Assembly: GCA_965247965.1 (NCBI GenBank)
Contig: OZ252053.1
Coordinates: 1,393,317 to 1,425,316 of the forward strand
Direction of reading: 5' to 3'
Length of the DNA stretch: 32,000 nucleotides
From: Saprospiraceae bacterium
GTDB taxonomy: Bacteria > Bacteroidota > Bacteroidia > Chitinophagales > Saprospiraceae
Shown: in pieces, positions 15,480 through 23,408 of the stretch
Layout: each line of letters begins with the position of its first letter
Position numbering within the stretch: position 1 is the stretch's first letter
The notes under the pieces: model-generated
Told to the model about the DNA's origin: nothing
Database searches by the model: none
Seen by the model: only the letters and a program-made list of their open reading frames with translations
Program-made: the position numbers and the translations under genes

Positions 15480-16208
15480 ATGAAAGGATTTATGTACATC
15501 CTGCAATGTGCAGACGGAAGTTATTACACTGGAAGTACGAAAGACTTGGAATCGAGGATAGAGCAACACCAAAATGGTGAAGCAGCCATCTACACGAAAA
15601 AACGACTTCCGGAAACCTTGGTATACGTGGAAGAGTTCGACAGAGTAGATCTTGCCTTTTACAGAGAAAAACAAGTTCAAGGATGGAGCAGGAAGAAGAA
15701 GGAAGCATTGATTCGTGGGCAACATCAAAAGCTACCAGAATTGGCTCGGAACTATACGGAATATCTAGCTTCGACGACTAAGCCCCAGAAACCCTCCGTT
15801 TCCACCACTTCGACCACTTCAACAAGCTCAGTGACCGGGGAAGATGGGGTTGCTGGCCTTCGGCAAGCTCAGGCACGGGGCACCAAAAGCAAGCCTACAG
15901 AATTAATTAAAAAATGGGTAGACCTATTTAACCAAGGAAAAGCGACCGAATTGGCTGACCTCTACCACGAAGATGCCATTAACCACCAGGTCGCTAACGA
16001 ACCAGTAGTTGGAAGGAAGGCCATCCAAAATATGTTCGAAAAAGATTTTGCAACAGCTGAAATGATGTGCATTGTCGAAAATATTTTTGAAGATGGGGAA
16101 TGGGCGATCCTGGAATGGAAAGATCCAAACGGCCTGAGACGATACGGATTTTTTCAGGTCCTCGATGGGAAGATCAAATTTGAGTCCACTCCGAAAACTA
16201 AATCATAA
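15480..16208 (+). CDS. GIY-YIG nuclease domain ORF, reading through a repeat-derived linker into a SnoaL-like domain; the 3' end is IS-derived
   Basis: MKGFMYILQCADGSYYTGSTKDLESRIEQHQNG...YREKQVQGWSRKKKEALI is a GIY-YIG (URI) domain. From about 15894, ELIKKWVDLFNQGKATELADLYHEDAINHQVANEPVVGRKAIQNMF...EDGEWAILEW is SnoaL/NTF2-like. The last 9 codons (ESTPKTKS) lie inside the IS end. I prefer the ATG at 15480 over the track start at 15327, because 15327-15479 is the repeat array. Confidence 0.65.
   Translation: MKGFMYILQCADGSYYTGSTKDLESRIEQHQNGEAAIYTKKRLPETLVYVEEFDRVDLAFYREKQVQGWSRKKKEALIRGQHQKLPELARNYTEYLASTTKPQKPSVSTTSTTSTSSVTGEDGVAGLRQAQARGTKSKPTELIKKWVDLFNQGKATELADLYHEDAINHQVANEPVVGRKAIQNMFEKDFATAEMMCIVENIFEDGEWAILEWKDPNGLRRYGFFQVLDGKIKFESTPKTKS
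15817..15880 (+). repeat. Two copies of CTTCrrCAAGCTCAGkcACGGGG downstream of the GIY-YIG domain
   Basis: CTTCAACAAGCTCAGTGACCGGGG lies at 15817-15840 and CTTCGGCAAGCTCAGGCACGGGG at 15858-15880. Confidence 0.6.
15894..16181 (+). pseudogene. SnoaL-like (NTF2 family) gene, 5' portion, interrupted by an IS
   Basis: See the previous CDS. The reading frame ...FFQVLDGKIKF stops being SnoaL-like exactly at the IS inverted repeat. Confidence 0.65.
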
Positions 16209-18059
16209 ATCATGTCAAATATTACAATAAGATGACATATATATTTAATTTGTGATATGTTTAAACGTAGTACAAATTCACAAGTTGATCTATTCAAATC
16301 GATAGGAGGGATGCTATCAGAACGGAAGCGAGAGCTTCTGGATGATCCAAATGGTTGGCATAATATATTTTTTAAAGAAGTGGTATCTCGCATAGACGAA
16401 GGATTGTTCGAGGTGCTTTATAATCAAGGAGGCCGGCCCAATTGCTCAATTAGAGTTTTAATGGGAATGATTATCCTTAAAGAAGGTAAAGGTTGGACTG
16501 ATGAACAACTTTTTGATGAATGTCGATTCAACACCAGGGTCATGCTTGCTTTGGGATATTCGAATATAAATGAGGATATTCCGACCGAATCGACTTACTA
16601 TAAGTTCAGACAGAGCATGGTAGAGTATAATGAAGACCATGGGGAGGATTTGATGAAGGCGGCATTTAAACAAATCACTATTGGGCAGATAGAGCAATAC
16701 AAGGTGAGCGGTAAGAAAATACGATTGGATTCGAAGTTGATTAATTCCAATATTGCACGCTGCACTCGAGTCCAGATGATAATCGAAGCTGTACGAGTAT
16801 GCAGTAAAGACCTTATGGTAGAACTGCTTACAGATCAATTGGATAAAGAATCATGCGAGCTTTTAGAAAAGCTAAAAAGCCAAAGTGCCTCCAATATTGT
16901 CTACCCATTAAACAAAAAAGAAAAAGAGGAACTGCTAGTAGGTATGGGTAAGATCATAAAGGTACTCTTGAGTCATGGCCAGGCGGCGGGATTGACAGGC
17001 TACCAAGATCTCAAGCGGCTCTACGAAGAACAGTATGAAGAACAATCAGAGGAATCTAATGAGCAAAAACCTCCGAGTGCCTCTGATGATAAAACAAAAA
17101 TCAGCGCGGTCTGTGATGAATCTGAACAGCAAACTAAACAGGAGAATACTCCGAGACCCAAAGCTGCAAGAGACATATCGAGTGGCAGTGTGCAGTCCAT
17201 TCATGATCCTGATGCTGCCTACCGTACTAAAGGTAAAGCAGAAAATAAACAGACCATATCGGGCTATCATGCCAACATAAGTGAAACGTGTACAGAAGAA
17301 AATGAAATAGACCTAATCGTAGATGCCCAGGTAGTACCGGCCAATATTACAGAAGACGAGTTTTTAATCGAATCTATCGACCATATCCAGGATGTATTAA
17401 ATCCAGATAAGGATGAATCAGGTCAAGAAAAGAATAAAATAGAACAGGCCATCACGGATGGCGGATACGACAGCAAGGCCAACAGAAAAGCAATGTCAGA
17501 AACGACCACGCCCGAATGGAAGTTAGCTAATACAAAAGGGGGAAAGCAGGCCTATACAATGAAACGAGATGAGAATAACAATCTTCAAGTATGGCGAAAA
17601 AAGACAGGAGAACAGTGCGCGGTAAAGTTTAACGAGAAGACCAACAAATACGTCATTAAACACGACACCCGAGGTCGGTATATGACCAAAGATGAAGTAG
17701 AAAACTATTTTTTATTTCAACAGATGCAAGAAACATTAGATGAGCACACCCACAATCTAAGAGCCAATGTGGAATCGACCATACATCAATGTTTTCACCG
17801 GCTCAAAAAAAGGAACAAAATATTATATCGGGGTTTATTCAAATGTCAAATTTATGTCCTGTCACGAGTACTTTGGACGAATTTTAGAAGAATTAACGAT
17901 AAATTGGTCGAAAATACCCTCGGATTTCCAAATATCATCATCGCAACCCTCAGGAATGCTTATGCAACAATATTGCACTTAAGAAAATTCCAGGGTTTTG
18001 GCCGCAGCTGGCAAATGTACGCTTGAAAAATGTGTGGTAATCGGAGTGGACTCAAATTT
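16176..18059 (+). mobile_element. IS1182/IS5-like insertion sequence (about 1.87 kb)
   Basis: There are perfect 13-bp terminal inverted repeats: GAGTCCACTCCGA (16182-16194) and TCGGAGTGGACTC (18041-18053). Each is flanked by AAATTT (16176-16181 and 18054-18059), which is either a 6-bp target duplication or a palindromic extension of the IR. The element holds a single transposase ORF. Confidence 0.85.
16257..18026 (+). CDS. DDE transposase, IS1182/IS5-like (589 aa)
   Basis: The N-terminal InsH/DUF772-like region reads GGRPNCSIRVLMGMIILKEGKGWTDEQLFDECRFNTRVMLALGY. A later ITDGGYDS segment is typical of the DDE core. Confidence 0.85.
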   Translation: MFKRSTNSQVDLFKSIGGMLSERKRELLDDPNGWHNIFFKEVVSRIDEGLFEVLYNQGGRPNCSIRVLMGMIILKEGKGWTDEQLFDECRFNTRVMLALGYSNINEDIPTESTYYKFRQSMVEYNEDHGEDLMKAAFKQITIGQIEQYKVSGKKIRLDSKLINSNIARCTRVQMIIEAVRVCSKDLMVELLTDQLDKESCELLEKLKSQSASNIVYPLNKKEKEELLVGMGKIIKVLLSHGQAAGLTGYQDLKRLYEEQYEEQSEESNEQKPPSASDDKTKISAVCDESEQQTKQENTPRPKAARDISSGSVQSIHDPDAAYRTKGKAENKQTISGYHANISETCTEENEIDLIVDAQVVPANITEDEFLIESIDHIQDVLNPDKDESGQEKNKIEQAITDGGYDSKANRKAMSETTTPEWKLANTKGGKQAYTMKRDENNNLQVWRKKTGEQCAVKFNEKTNKYVIKHDTRGRYMTKDEVENYFLFQQMQETLDEHTHNLRANVESTIHQCFHRLKKRNKILYRGLFKCQIYVLSRVLWTNFRRINDKLVENTLGFPNIIIATLRNAYATILHLRKFQGFGRSWQMYA

Positions 18060-18125
18060 CAACGCGGATATTGGGACAAATTGTCGTTCTTGAGGTCACA
18101 TGGCCTTCCAGTGCCATTGGAATAG
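18054..18125 (+). pseudogene. SnoaL-like gene, 3' portion after the IS
   Basis: My own translation KFQRGYWDKLSFLRSHGLPVPLE-stop continues the frame broken at 16181 (…DGKIKF|QRGYWDKLSF…). Confidence 0.65.
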
Positions 18126-18229
18126 ATGAAAAAACTTTTTGATTCGGAGGAAAAGATAGCCTTCGACTCTTTTATTCGCTATGCAATTTGATCCAGTTCT
18201 CTTTGAAAATACTCCATTAAATTTATGGC

Positions 18230-19378
18230 ATGGTATCTAAATGGAAAAATATCCTACCCTTAATTATACCGAAGTACTGCATCCTGCTAACTGTAGCCTT
18301 TGCCCTCTGCGGAAATATTCAATTGCACAGCCAGGAACTAAATGATTACAACAAAACACTCATCTGGCGAGGCATGCAGCACAAGTGGACTTATAATCAC
18401 CGCGTAAATCGATTGGGCAATTTTGTAACTATGGATAATGGCGGCCAGGCCGTACATAGGAGCGCCACCGGCCTTGGTTCGGATAGTACTTCTTTTACCT
18501 CCCACTACACTTATGTCGAATCTCCTGATGTCTGTTTCAAAGAGATTCCAATCACCATCCAGGTAAATGGCAAAGAAGGGGCATTACTCACCAAAATCGA
18601 AGAATTGTATGTACCTGCTGATCCCTGGATCAGGGACAAAAAGGCATATTACGCCCTTATCAATGGTTTTGAGATAAGGTCCATTCTCAAATCGGATCAA
18701 CTCGAATTGTTTCGTTTCCTGGTAGATGAAGTGTCCTATTCCAAAGCATCCGAAGAGCTAAAGGTCAAAGCACATTTTAACCTGGTGACCAATTGCCGTA
18801 CTCTAGAATGTCCGATCTTGAGCAACAAAACGGCATACGAGCTTACAATTAACCTTTTGATAATGGCCTTTGACGACGACAATGCAAATTTGACCACCGC
18901 TTACACCGCGCGAAACTATGTATGGGACGAGCAAATAGAAATTGAAGATCAATCACAGCAGGTGATCACCCTGGGGCAAAAAAATAATATTTATCCCGAA
19001 GCCACAATTGGTATTAGAGGATTGGGCATTGTCCTGGACGAGGAGCATTGGTTATTGGAAATGAATGAATATGTTTTGCCCGTGGAATACAACTCGGAAA
19101 CTGGAATTCTTCTCAGCGACGCCAATTTGAAATATGTGGAGTGGAAAAAAGGCATGCAGCAATTTGCAGTGTCTCCGTTCAAGGCCAAATTTGCAAAGCG
19201 CAAAAGCGGCTATGCCCTATTGGATATGAACCTCGCTATGGTACAATTTAAGAATGCCAAAATCAAACAAGGAAAATCAACAGGTTCGATGTTTTGGAAA
19301 GGATGGAACCAAGATGCCGCTGCCGGAGGTTCGCAGAAAATTCTTTCGCTTGCAGCATTTATTAATGGTCCGAAATAG
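18230..19378 (+). CDS. Hypothetical secreted protein (382 aa)
   Basis: ORF in the track. It has an N-terminal hydrophobic signal-like segment ILPLIIPKYCILLTVAFALCGNIQLHSQ. I recognise no family. Confidence 0.6.
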   Translation: MVSKWKNILPLIIPKYCILLTVAFALCGNIQLHSQELNDYNKTLIWRGMQHKWTYNHRVNRLGNFVTMDNGGQAVHRSATGLGSDSTSFTSHYTYVESPDVCFKEIPITIQVNGKEGALLTKIEELYVPADPWIRDKKAYYALINGFEIRSILKSDQLELFRFLVDEVSYSKASEELKVKAHFNLVTNCRTLECPILSNKTAYELTINLLIMAFDDDNANLTTAYTARNYVWDEQIEIEDQSQQVITLGQKNNIYPEATIGIRGLGIVLDEEHWLLEMNEYVLPVEYNSETGILLSDANLKYVEWKKGMQQFAVSPFKAKFAKRKSGYALLDMNLAMVQFKNAKIKQGKSTGSMFWKGWNQDAAAGGSQKILSLAAFINGPK

Positions 19379-19482
19379 ATGGAAGATGGACAGGATTTGC
19401 TAAATTTTTCTTTTAGAGTTGATCCTTGAGGTCGAAAGTTTAAAAAATGGTGGTGACCACTTTGTTCATTCTACATAGAAAA

Positions 19483-20163
19483 ATGAGATACTTCTTCTTT
19501 TTCATGTTTTTTGCGATCACCGGAAATGTATTCGCTCAGAAAGATGGTATCCGCGGTTATGGATCATTCGAATTTCTCGAACTCAGTACATTCGGCGGAA
19601 AAGCGTACACCAATGGCGGCGGTGGCATTATTCTAAATAACAATCTTCTCTTCGGCGTGTACGTAAGTACTTTAACCAAACCGTTTAGGTGGGATCTATT
19701 CACCTCGCTCAATAATCCCAATCTTGACCAACCCCAATTGACCAATAATGAACTGGCCACTAATTCTACTATCAACAATTTCGATGTTGGCGGTCGTTTC
19801 GGATTCAACATTGCACCTGCCAAATCCTTACAGACCACACTCAGCCTGAAAATAGGGTACTCTACAATTAATTATCTCGAATCCTATGTTGATCAATCCG
19901 TCGAAGTTAATGATCCCATGCTCCAAAACCTTCCTGTCCTACCTTTGGAAATTAACCACACCAACTACAATTTATCGCCCCAGCTGGATCTTCAATTTAG
20001 AGTGGGTAGAGCTTTTAAGATATCCGCAATTTTCGGGTATAAAATTCAGCGTACTACTATCAGGTCGCCGGACCTATTTCCCGATATAGATAATCTGTTG
20101 ATCGATAATAGAATATTTGAAGGATCGTATGGTGGGCTCGGATTTACGTTTGGGAATTTATAA
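19483..20163 (+). CDS. Putative outer-membrane beta-barrel protein (about 226 aa)
   Basis: It has the signal peptide MRYFFFFMFFAITGNVFAQ, alternating beta-strand-like pattern, and an aromatic-rich C-terminus YGGLGFTFGNL. I prefer the ATG at 19483 over the track start at 19447. Confidence 0.55.
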   Translation: MRYFFFFMFFAITGNVFAQKDGIRGYGSFEFLELSTFGGKAYTNGGGGIILNNNLLFGVYVSTLTKPFRWDLFTSLNNPNLDQPQLTNNELATNSTINNFDVGGRFGFNIAPAKSLQTTLSLKIGYSTINYLESYVDQSVEVNDPMLQNLPVLPLEINHTNYNLSPQLDLQFRVGRAFKISAIFGYKIQRTTIRSPDLFPDIDNLLIDNRIFEGSYGGLGFTFGNL

Positions 20164-20173
20164 TGCAAGTCTT

Positions 20174-20359
20174 ATGAAAAATAAAGGAAACATGAAATGG
20201 CGCACAATATTAGGATTGATCATTTTATACTTCGCTATGTGGTTTAACTGGCAATGGATCTGGGGTATACTTTTTCTGATTTGGATGATTCCCGATCTGT
20301 TCACCGGAGTTCCCTATTTTATAGAGCCTGTAAGTAAGAAACGATCATGCCAGAGCTGA
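20174..20359 (+). CDS. Small membrane protein (61 aa), possibly 3'-truncated
   Basis: MKNKGNMKWRTILGLIILYFAMWFNWQWIWGILFLIWMIPDLFTGVPYFIEPVSKK shows two TM-like segments. The downstream sequence looks like an unrelated gene remnant. Confidence 0.4.
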   Translation: MKNKGNMKWRTILGLIILYFAMWFNWQWIWGILFLIWMIPDLFTGVPYFIEPVSKKRSCQS

Positions 20360-20668
20360 ATTTGGATTTGTAGGCGATCACTACCTTTTTTGGGAGCCTT
20401 TGGCAAAGGAATATGTTGAAAATCTCGATAAGCTCATTCCCTTTAAACGCATAGCTGAAATGACGAATGAATACATAGGAGCCTATGTGCCGTGGCTATT
20501 GCCAAATTTGGGTTTGTCAGAAACAGAATCCACATGGAGAGAATGCGGTTAGGACTTTTCAGGGGATTGTAAAGCGACGGATCAACGGTCGGTCAACCAC
20601 ATAGGAACACCCGCCTTCATTTCCTTGCCAGAGTCCTCAAATAATCCCAAATTGCACAAAAAACAATC

Positions 20669-21098
20669 ATGCTTAAAGAAGTACTTTTTTTAACATTGTT
20701 CTTTCTGACATTTAACCTTATTGCGTTTAGCCAATCTGAAACGATGAAAGAAGATCCAGCTCTTGCCACTTTCGAACTAGAAGAATTAGTATCCCAATTG
20801 GAAGAATCCGGCCGCCCTTGGATCCCTTTCTTCAAGGGAAAAAATGTACTCACCGGCATTTACAGACTGAAAGCAGGTGCCGAAGACCTACAGCAACCGC
20901 ATGACACCGACGAAGTGTACTACGTGGCTTCGGGTAAAGCAAAATTTACCGTTGGTGACGAAACCGTTGATATAAAGGGGGGGGATCATTCTTTTCGTAA
21001 AAGCAGAAGCTGAGCATCGATTTTCCGATATTGAAGAAGACCTGGTGCTCGTTGTGTTTTTTGATGTGTTGAGGCGAGACGCCATCAACAACCGTTGA
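20669..21098 (+). pseudogene. Secreted cupin-domain protein, frame-shifted at a G8 tract
   Basis: The track ORF ends ...VDIKGGDHSFRKSRS-stop. Shifting the frame by one base after the G8 run (20977-20984) gives IILFVKAEAEHRFSDIEEDLVLVVFFDV...-stop at 21096-21098, which is the expected cupin beta-strand/His motif continuation. Confidence 0.65.
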
Positions 21099-21151
21099 GG
21101 CGAGCCGCCATCCGCGTGCCGCTAAAGCTTTAGCGACCTCCTGGCCTCACG

Positions 21152-22024
21152 CTAGAGTTCCTTCCAAACCGCCTTCACCAAAGGCTCCGGATCATGAACA
21201 CTTAAAGCGGCTGCTCTTCCTCCTTCTATATCAAATCGCACTCTTATCGAAGGCGCACCACCGGGAGCAAAAGCAAACTCCTCGACGCGATTAAGCACTC
21301 TGCCAAATGGTTGCTTTCCGCGTTTGATAGCTAGATTTCCACCTCGATTCAAAGCAACTTCGAAATAATCGCGTTCTCCCGAACCAAACTCGTAGGTTCC
21401 TAAAAACATCTTTTTTTCTGCTTCGGAAATATCCAAACTTGTATCTCTCTGGTTAGCATCGCCCAATGATTCCAGGTAGTCTACTACAGCTTGGCCCCCC
21501 TTGCGATCTTCGTCGGGTATATTGTTCCATCGCAATCTGTTTTTGGCATGCGCCTGAAGTGTAATGCCGTGCGGCCCATTGATCCTTTGTACCCCTGGAG
21601 TCGCCTCAACCATGCTTTTAATGGCATCCACCTTTCCCAACATGGCGTACGTGAAAATATTCGGACGGGCGCCGTATTCCATGAGCAACTCAGCAATATC
21701 TTTTCGCCCCATATGAGAGGCAGCACCGAGGGCCGATTCCCAATCTCCGAAACCCCAATCGTACGTGGCCTTTGCAAATTCGGGGCGGGCGGTTACCATT
21801 TCTTTGACTCGATCAAATCGGGCATGGGAAGCTCCTACAATTTCGCGTACGGATTCTATATCCTGGCTTGGAAACCTATCGGATATCTCCGCGAAAGTAT
21901 GACTAGGTAATGCCCCGAAAATTGTGCTTTGAGTAAAAACAGCAGGAATGCTCGCCACCGCAATGGTACTGTAACCTGTCTTTTGGAGGAAGGCTCTTCG
22001 CCCGGATAATTTTTTCATATTCAT
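21152..22024 (-). CDS. Tat-signal ankyrin-repeat protein (290 aa)
   Basis: It has a twin-arginine signal SGRRAFLQKTGYSTIAVASIPAV. Ankyrin-like repeats include ESALGAASHMGRKDIAELLMEYGARPN and FTYAMLGKVDAIKSMVE. Confidence 0.7.
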   Translation of the reverse strand: MNMKKLSGRRAFLQKTGYSTIAVASIPAVFTQSTIFGALPSHTFAEISDRFPSQDIESVREIVGASHARFDRVKEMVTARPEFAKATYDWGFGDWESALGAASHMGRKDIAELLMEYGARPNIFTYAMLGKVDAIKSMVEATPGVQRINGPHGITLQAHAKNRLRWNNIPDEDRKGGQAVVDYLESLGDANQRDTSLDISEAEKKMFLGTYEFGSGERDYFEVALNRGGNLAIKRGKQPFGRVLNRVEEFAFAPGGAPSIRVRFDIEGGRAAALSVHDPEPLVKAVWKEL

Positions 22025-22164
22025 AAATTTAGATTAAGAGCATCAAGGCCTTTGGGCGAAAGATTGATCGTCCCGTCTGTCCCGCCAGTCGCTACAAAAA
22101 ATATTTTCTGGTCCTCAATAAATGTCATCAATTGATTGGTCAACCCTTCGTAAAACTTTGCCAT
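22021..22164 (-). pseudogene. N-terminal fragment (47 aa) of a pyridoxamine 5'-phosphate oxidase-family gene
   Basis: My own translation MAKFYEGLTNQLMTFIEDQKIFFVATGGTDGTINLSPKGLDALNLNL-stop resembles the N-terminus of PNPOx-like proteins, which are normally about 200 aa. The TGA overlaps the ATG of the ankyrin gene (ATGA). Confidence 0.4.
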
Positions 22165-22271
22165 TCTTCAAAACTAAGTGAAATGTAGGGATTAATCAGG
22201 CAATGCCATTCCACTTCCTTTGACTTTTCGATGAATCAGTTAATAACAGGGATAAACAATAATTTTGCTTA

Positions 22272-22868
22272 ATGAATTTGGAATTTGGCAAACAAATCAT
22301 GCTCGAAAACAAAAGAGCAAAACTCGAGCCGCTCGACTGGAAGCATTTCGAATCGCTGCTTCAAATAGCTTTGGACAATCCAGATGTTCTTCGATACAGC
22401 CCTTCAAAGTTCGGAACCTCAGAAGATCTAAAAACCTACTTTGATACAGCTTTCAAATCGAAACGAAAAGAGTTGCACTACCCTTTTGCCATTTTCGATA
22501 AGAATAAAGAAAGATTCGCAGGAAGTACAAGCTATATGAATATATCCAATTACGACAGACGACTCGAGATCGGTTCGACATGGATCGGTAAAAAGTTTCA
22601 AAGAACAGGCCTGAACAGGCATTGCAAATATCTTCTGTTGACACATGCATTTGAGACCTTAAAATTCCAGCGCGTAGAACTAAAGACCGATAGCAGAAAT
22701 CTGCAATCCAGAACCGCCATCGAAGCTATTGGCGCTAAGTATGAAGGTGAATTAAGAAGTCATACTCTTATGATCGACGGGTACAGGCGAAACACTGCTT
22801 ATTATAGCATTTTAAAAGAAGAGTGGCCAAATGTAAAAAGCACTGTCTTCAAAGAAATATCAGGATGA
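22272..22868 (+). CDS. GNAT family N-acetyltransferase (RimJ/RimL-like, 198 aa)
   Basis: LEIGSTWIGKKFQRTGLNRHCKYLLLTHAFETLKFQRVELKTDSRNLQSRTAIEAIGAKYEGELRSH is the typical GNAT acetyl-CoA binding core. Confidence 0.8.
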   Translation: MNLEFGKQIMLENKRAKLEPLDWKHFESLLQIALDNPDVLRYSPSKFGTSEDLKTYFDTAFKSKRKELHYPFAIFDKNKERFAGSTSYMNISNYDRRLEIGSTWIGKKFQRTGLNRHCKYLLLTHAFETLKFQRVELKTDSRNLQSRTAIEAIGAKYEGELRSHTLMIDGYRRNTAYYSILKEEWPNVKSTVFKEISG

Positions 22869-23242
22869 ATTTAAATCAGATCACTATACCCTCATTGGAC
22901 CTCGCCAAGTCAATTCTCTTTTACGAAAGGCTCGGTTTGAAATTAATCGTAAAATCACTGCCCGATTATGCGCGATTCGAATGTCCTGATGGCGATTCTA
23001 CCTTTTCCATTCATAGGGTGAAAGAACTACCCAAAGGCGAAGGAATATGGGTCTATTTTGAGTGTGAAAATCTCGATAATGTAGTAGAAAGACTTGCTAA
23101 CAAAGGGATAAAATTTGAAGAATTGCCAAAGGATAAACCTTGGTTGTGGAGGGAGACGAGATTAAAAGATTTAGACGGCAATCAATTGATTTTATTTCAA
23201 GGTGGTGGAAATCGGAAAAATCCGCCGTGGAGGATAGATTAG
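22865..23242 (+). CDS. VOC / glyoxalase-bleomycin resistance family protein (125 aa)
   Basis: MNLNQITIPSLDLAKSILFYERLGLKL...LKDLDGNQLILFQ. The ATG at 22865 overlaps the GNAT stop (ATGA). The track start at 22823 lies inside the GNAT gene. Confidence 0.75.
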   Translation: MNLNQITIPSLDLAKSILFYERLGLKLIVKSLPDYARFECPDGDSTFSIHRVKELPKGEGIWVYFECENLDNVVERLANKGIKFEELPKDKPWLWRETRLKDLDGNQLILFQGGGNRKNPPWRID

Positions 23243-23408
23243 CCTTAACCCAACTTGTCCTTTTTGATTAATGTCTGCACTAATTTTGTTTGAATATCCA
23301 TGTTTTTGTGATATAACTTGTTGATTTTCAATAGTAGTTATTAAGGATTTTCAAATGTAGTGTAGTATGGTGCTTGCGTAATTGGAATCATATGTGTACA
23401 TTTGCCAT

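Noticed and set aside
20360-20560. An open frame without a start codon (…FVGDHYLFWEPLAKEYVENLDKLIPFKRIAEMTNEYIGAYVPWLLPNLGLSETESTWRECG-stop).
   Set aside because: It looks like the 3' remnant of a gene, but I cannot assign a family and it has no start, so it is left unannotated.
21121-21134. A perfect 14-nt palindrome, GCTAAAGCTTTAGC, between the convergent cupin and ankyrin genes, as a possible bidirectional terminator. The TTTGGAG-AAGC-CTCCAAA hairpin at about 15253-15270 after the TonB-like gene was considered too.
   Set aside because: The stems are short and AT-rich with no flanking T-tract, which is too weak to call.
21484-21910. Track ORFs 21484-21777 (minus) and 21491-21910 (plus) inside the ankyrin gene. 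Similar internal ORFs lie inside coxL, coxM and coxS (for example 29245-29646 and 31480-31827).
   Set aside because: They are overlapping shadow ORFs of genes with clear domain signatures.
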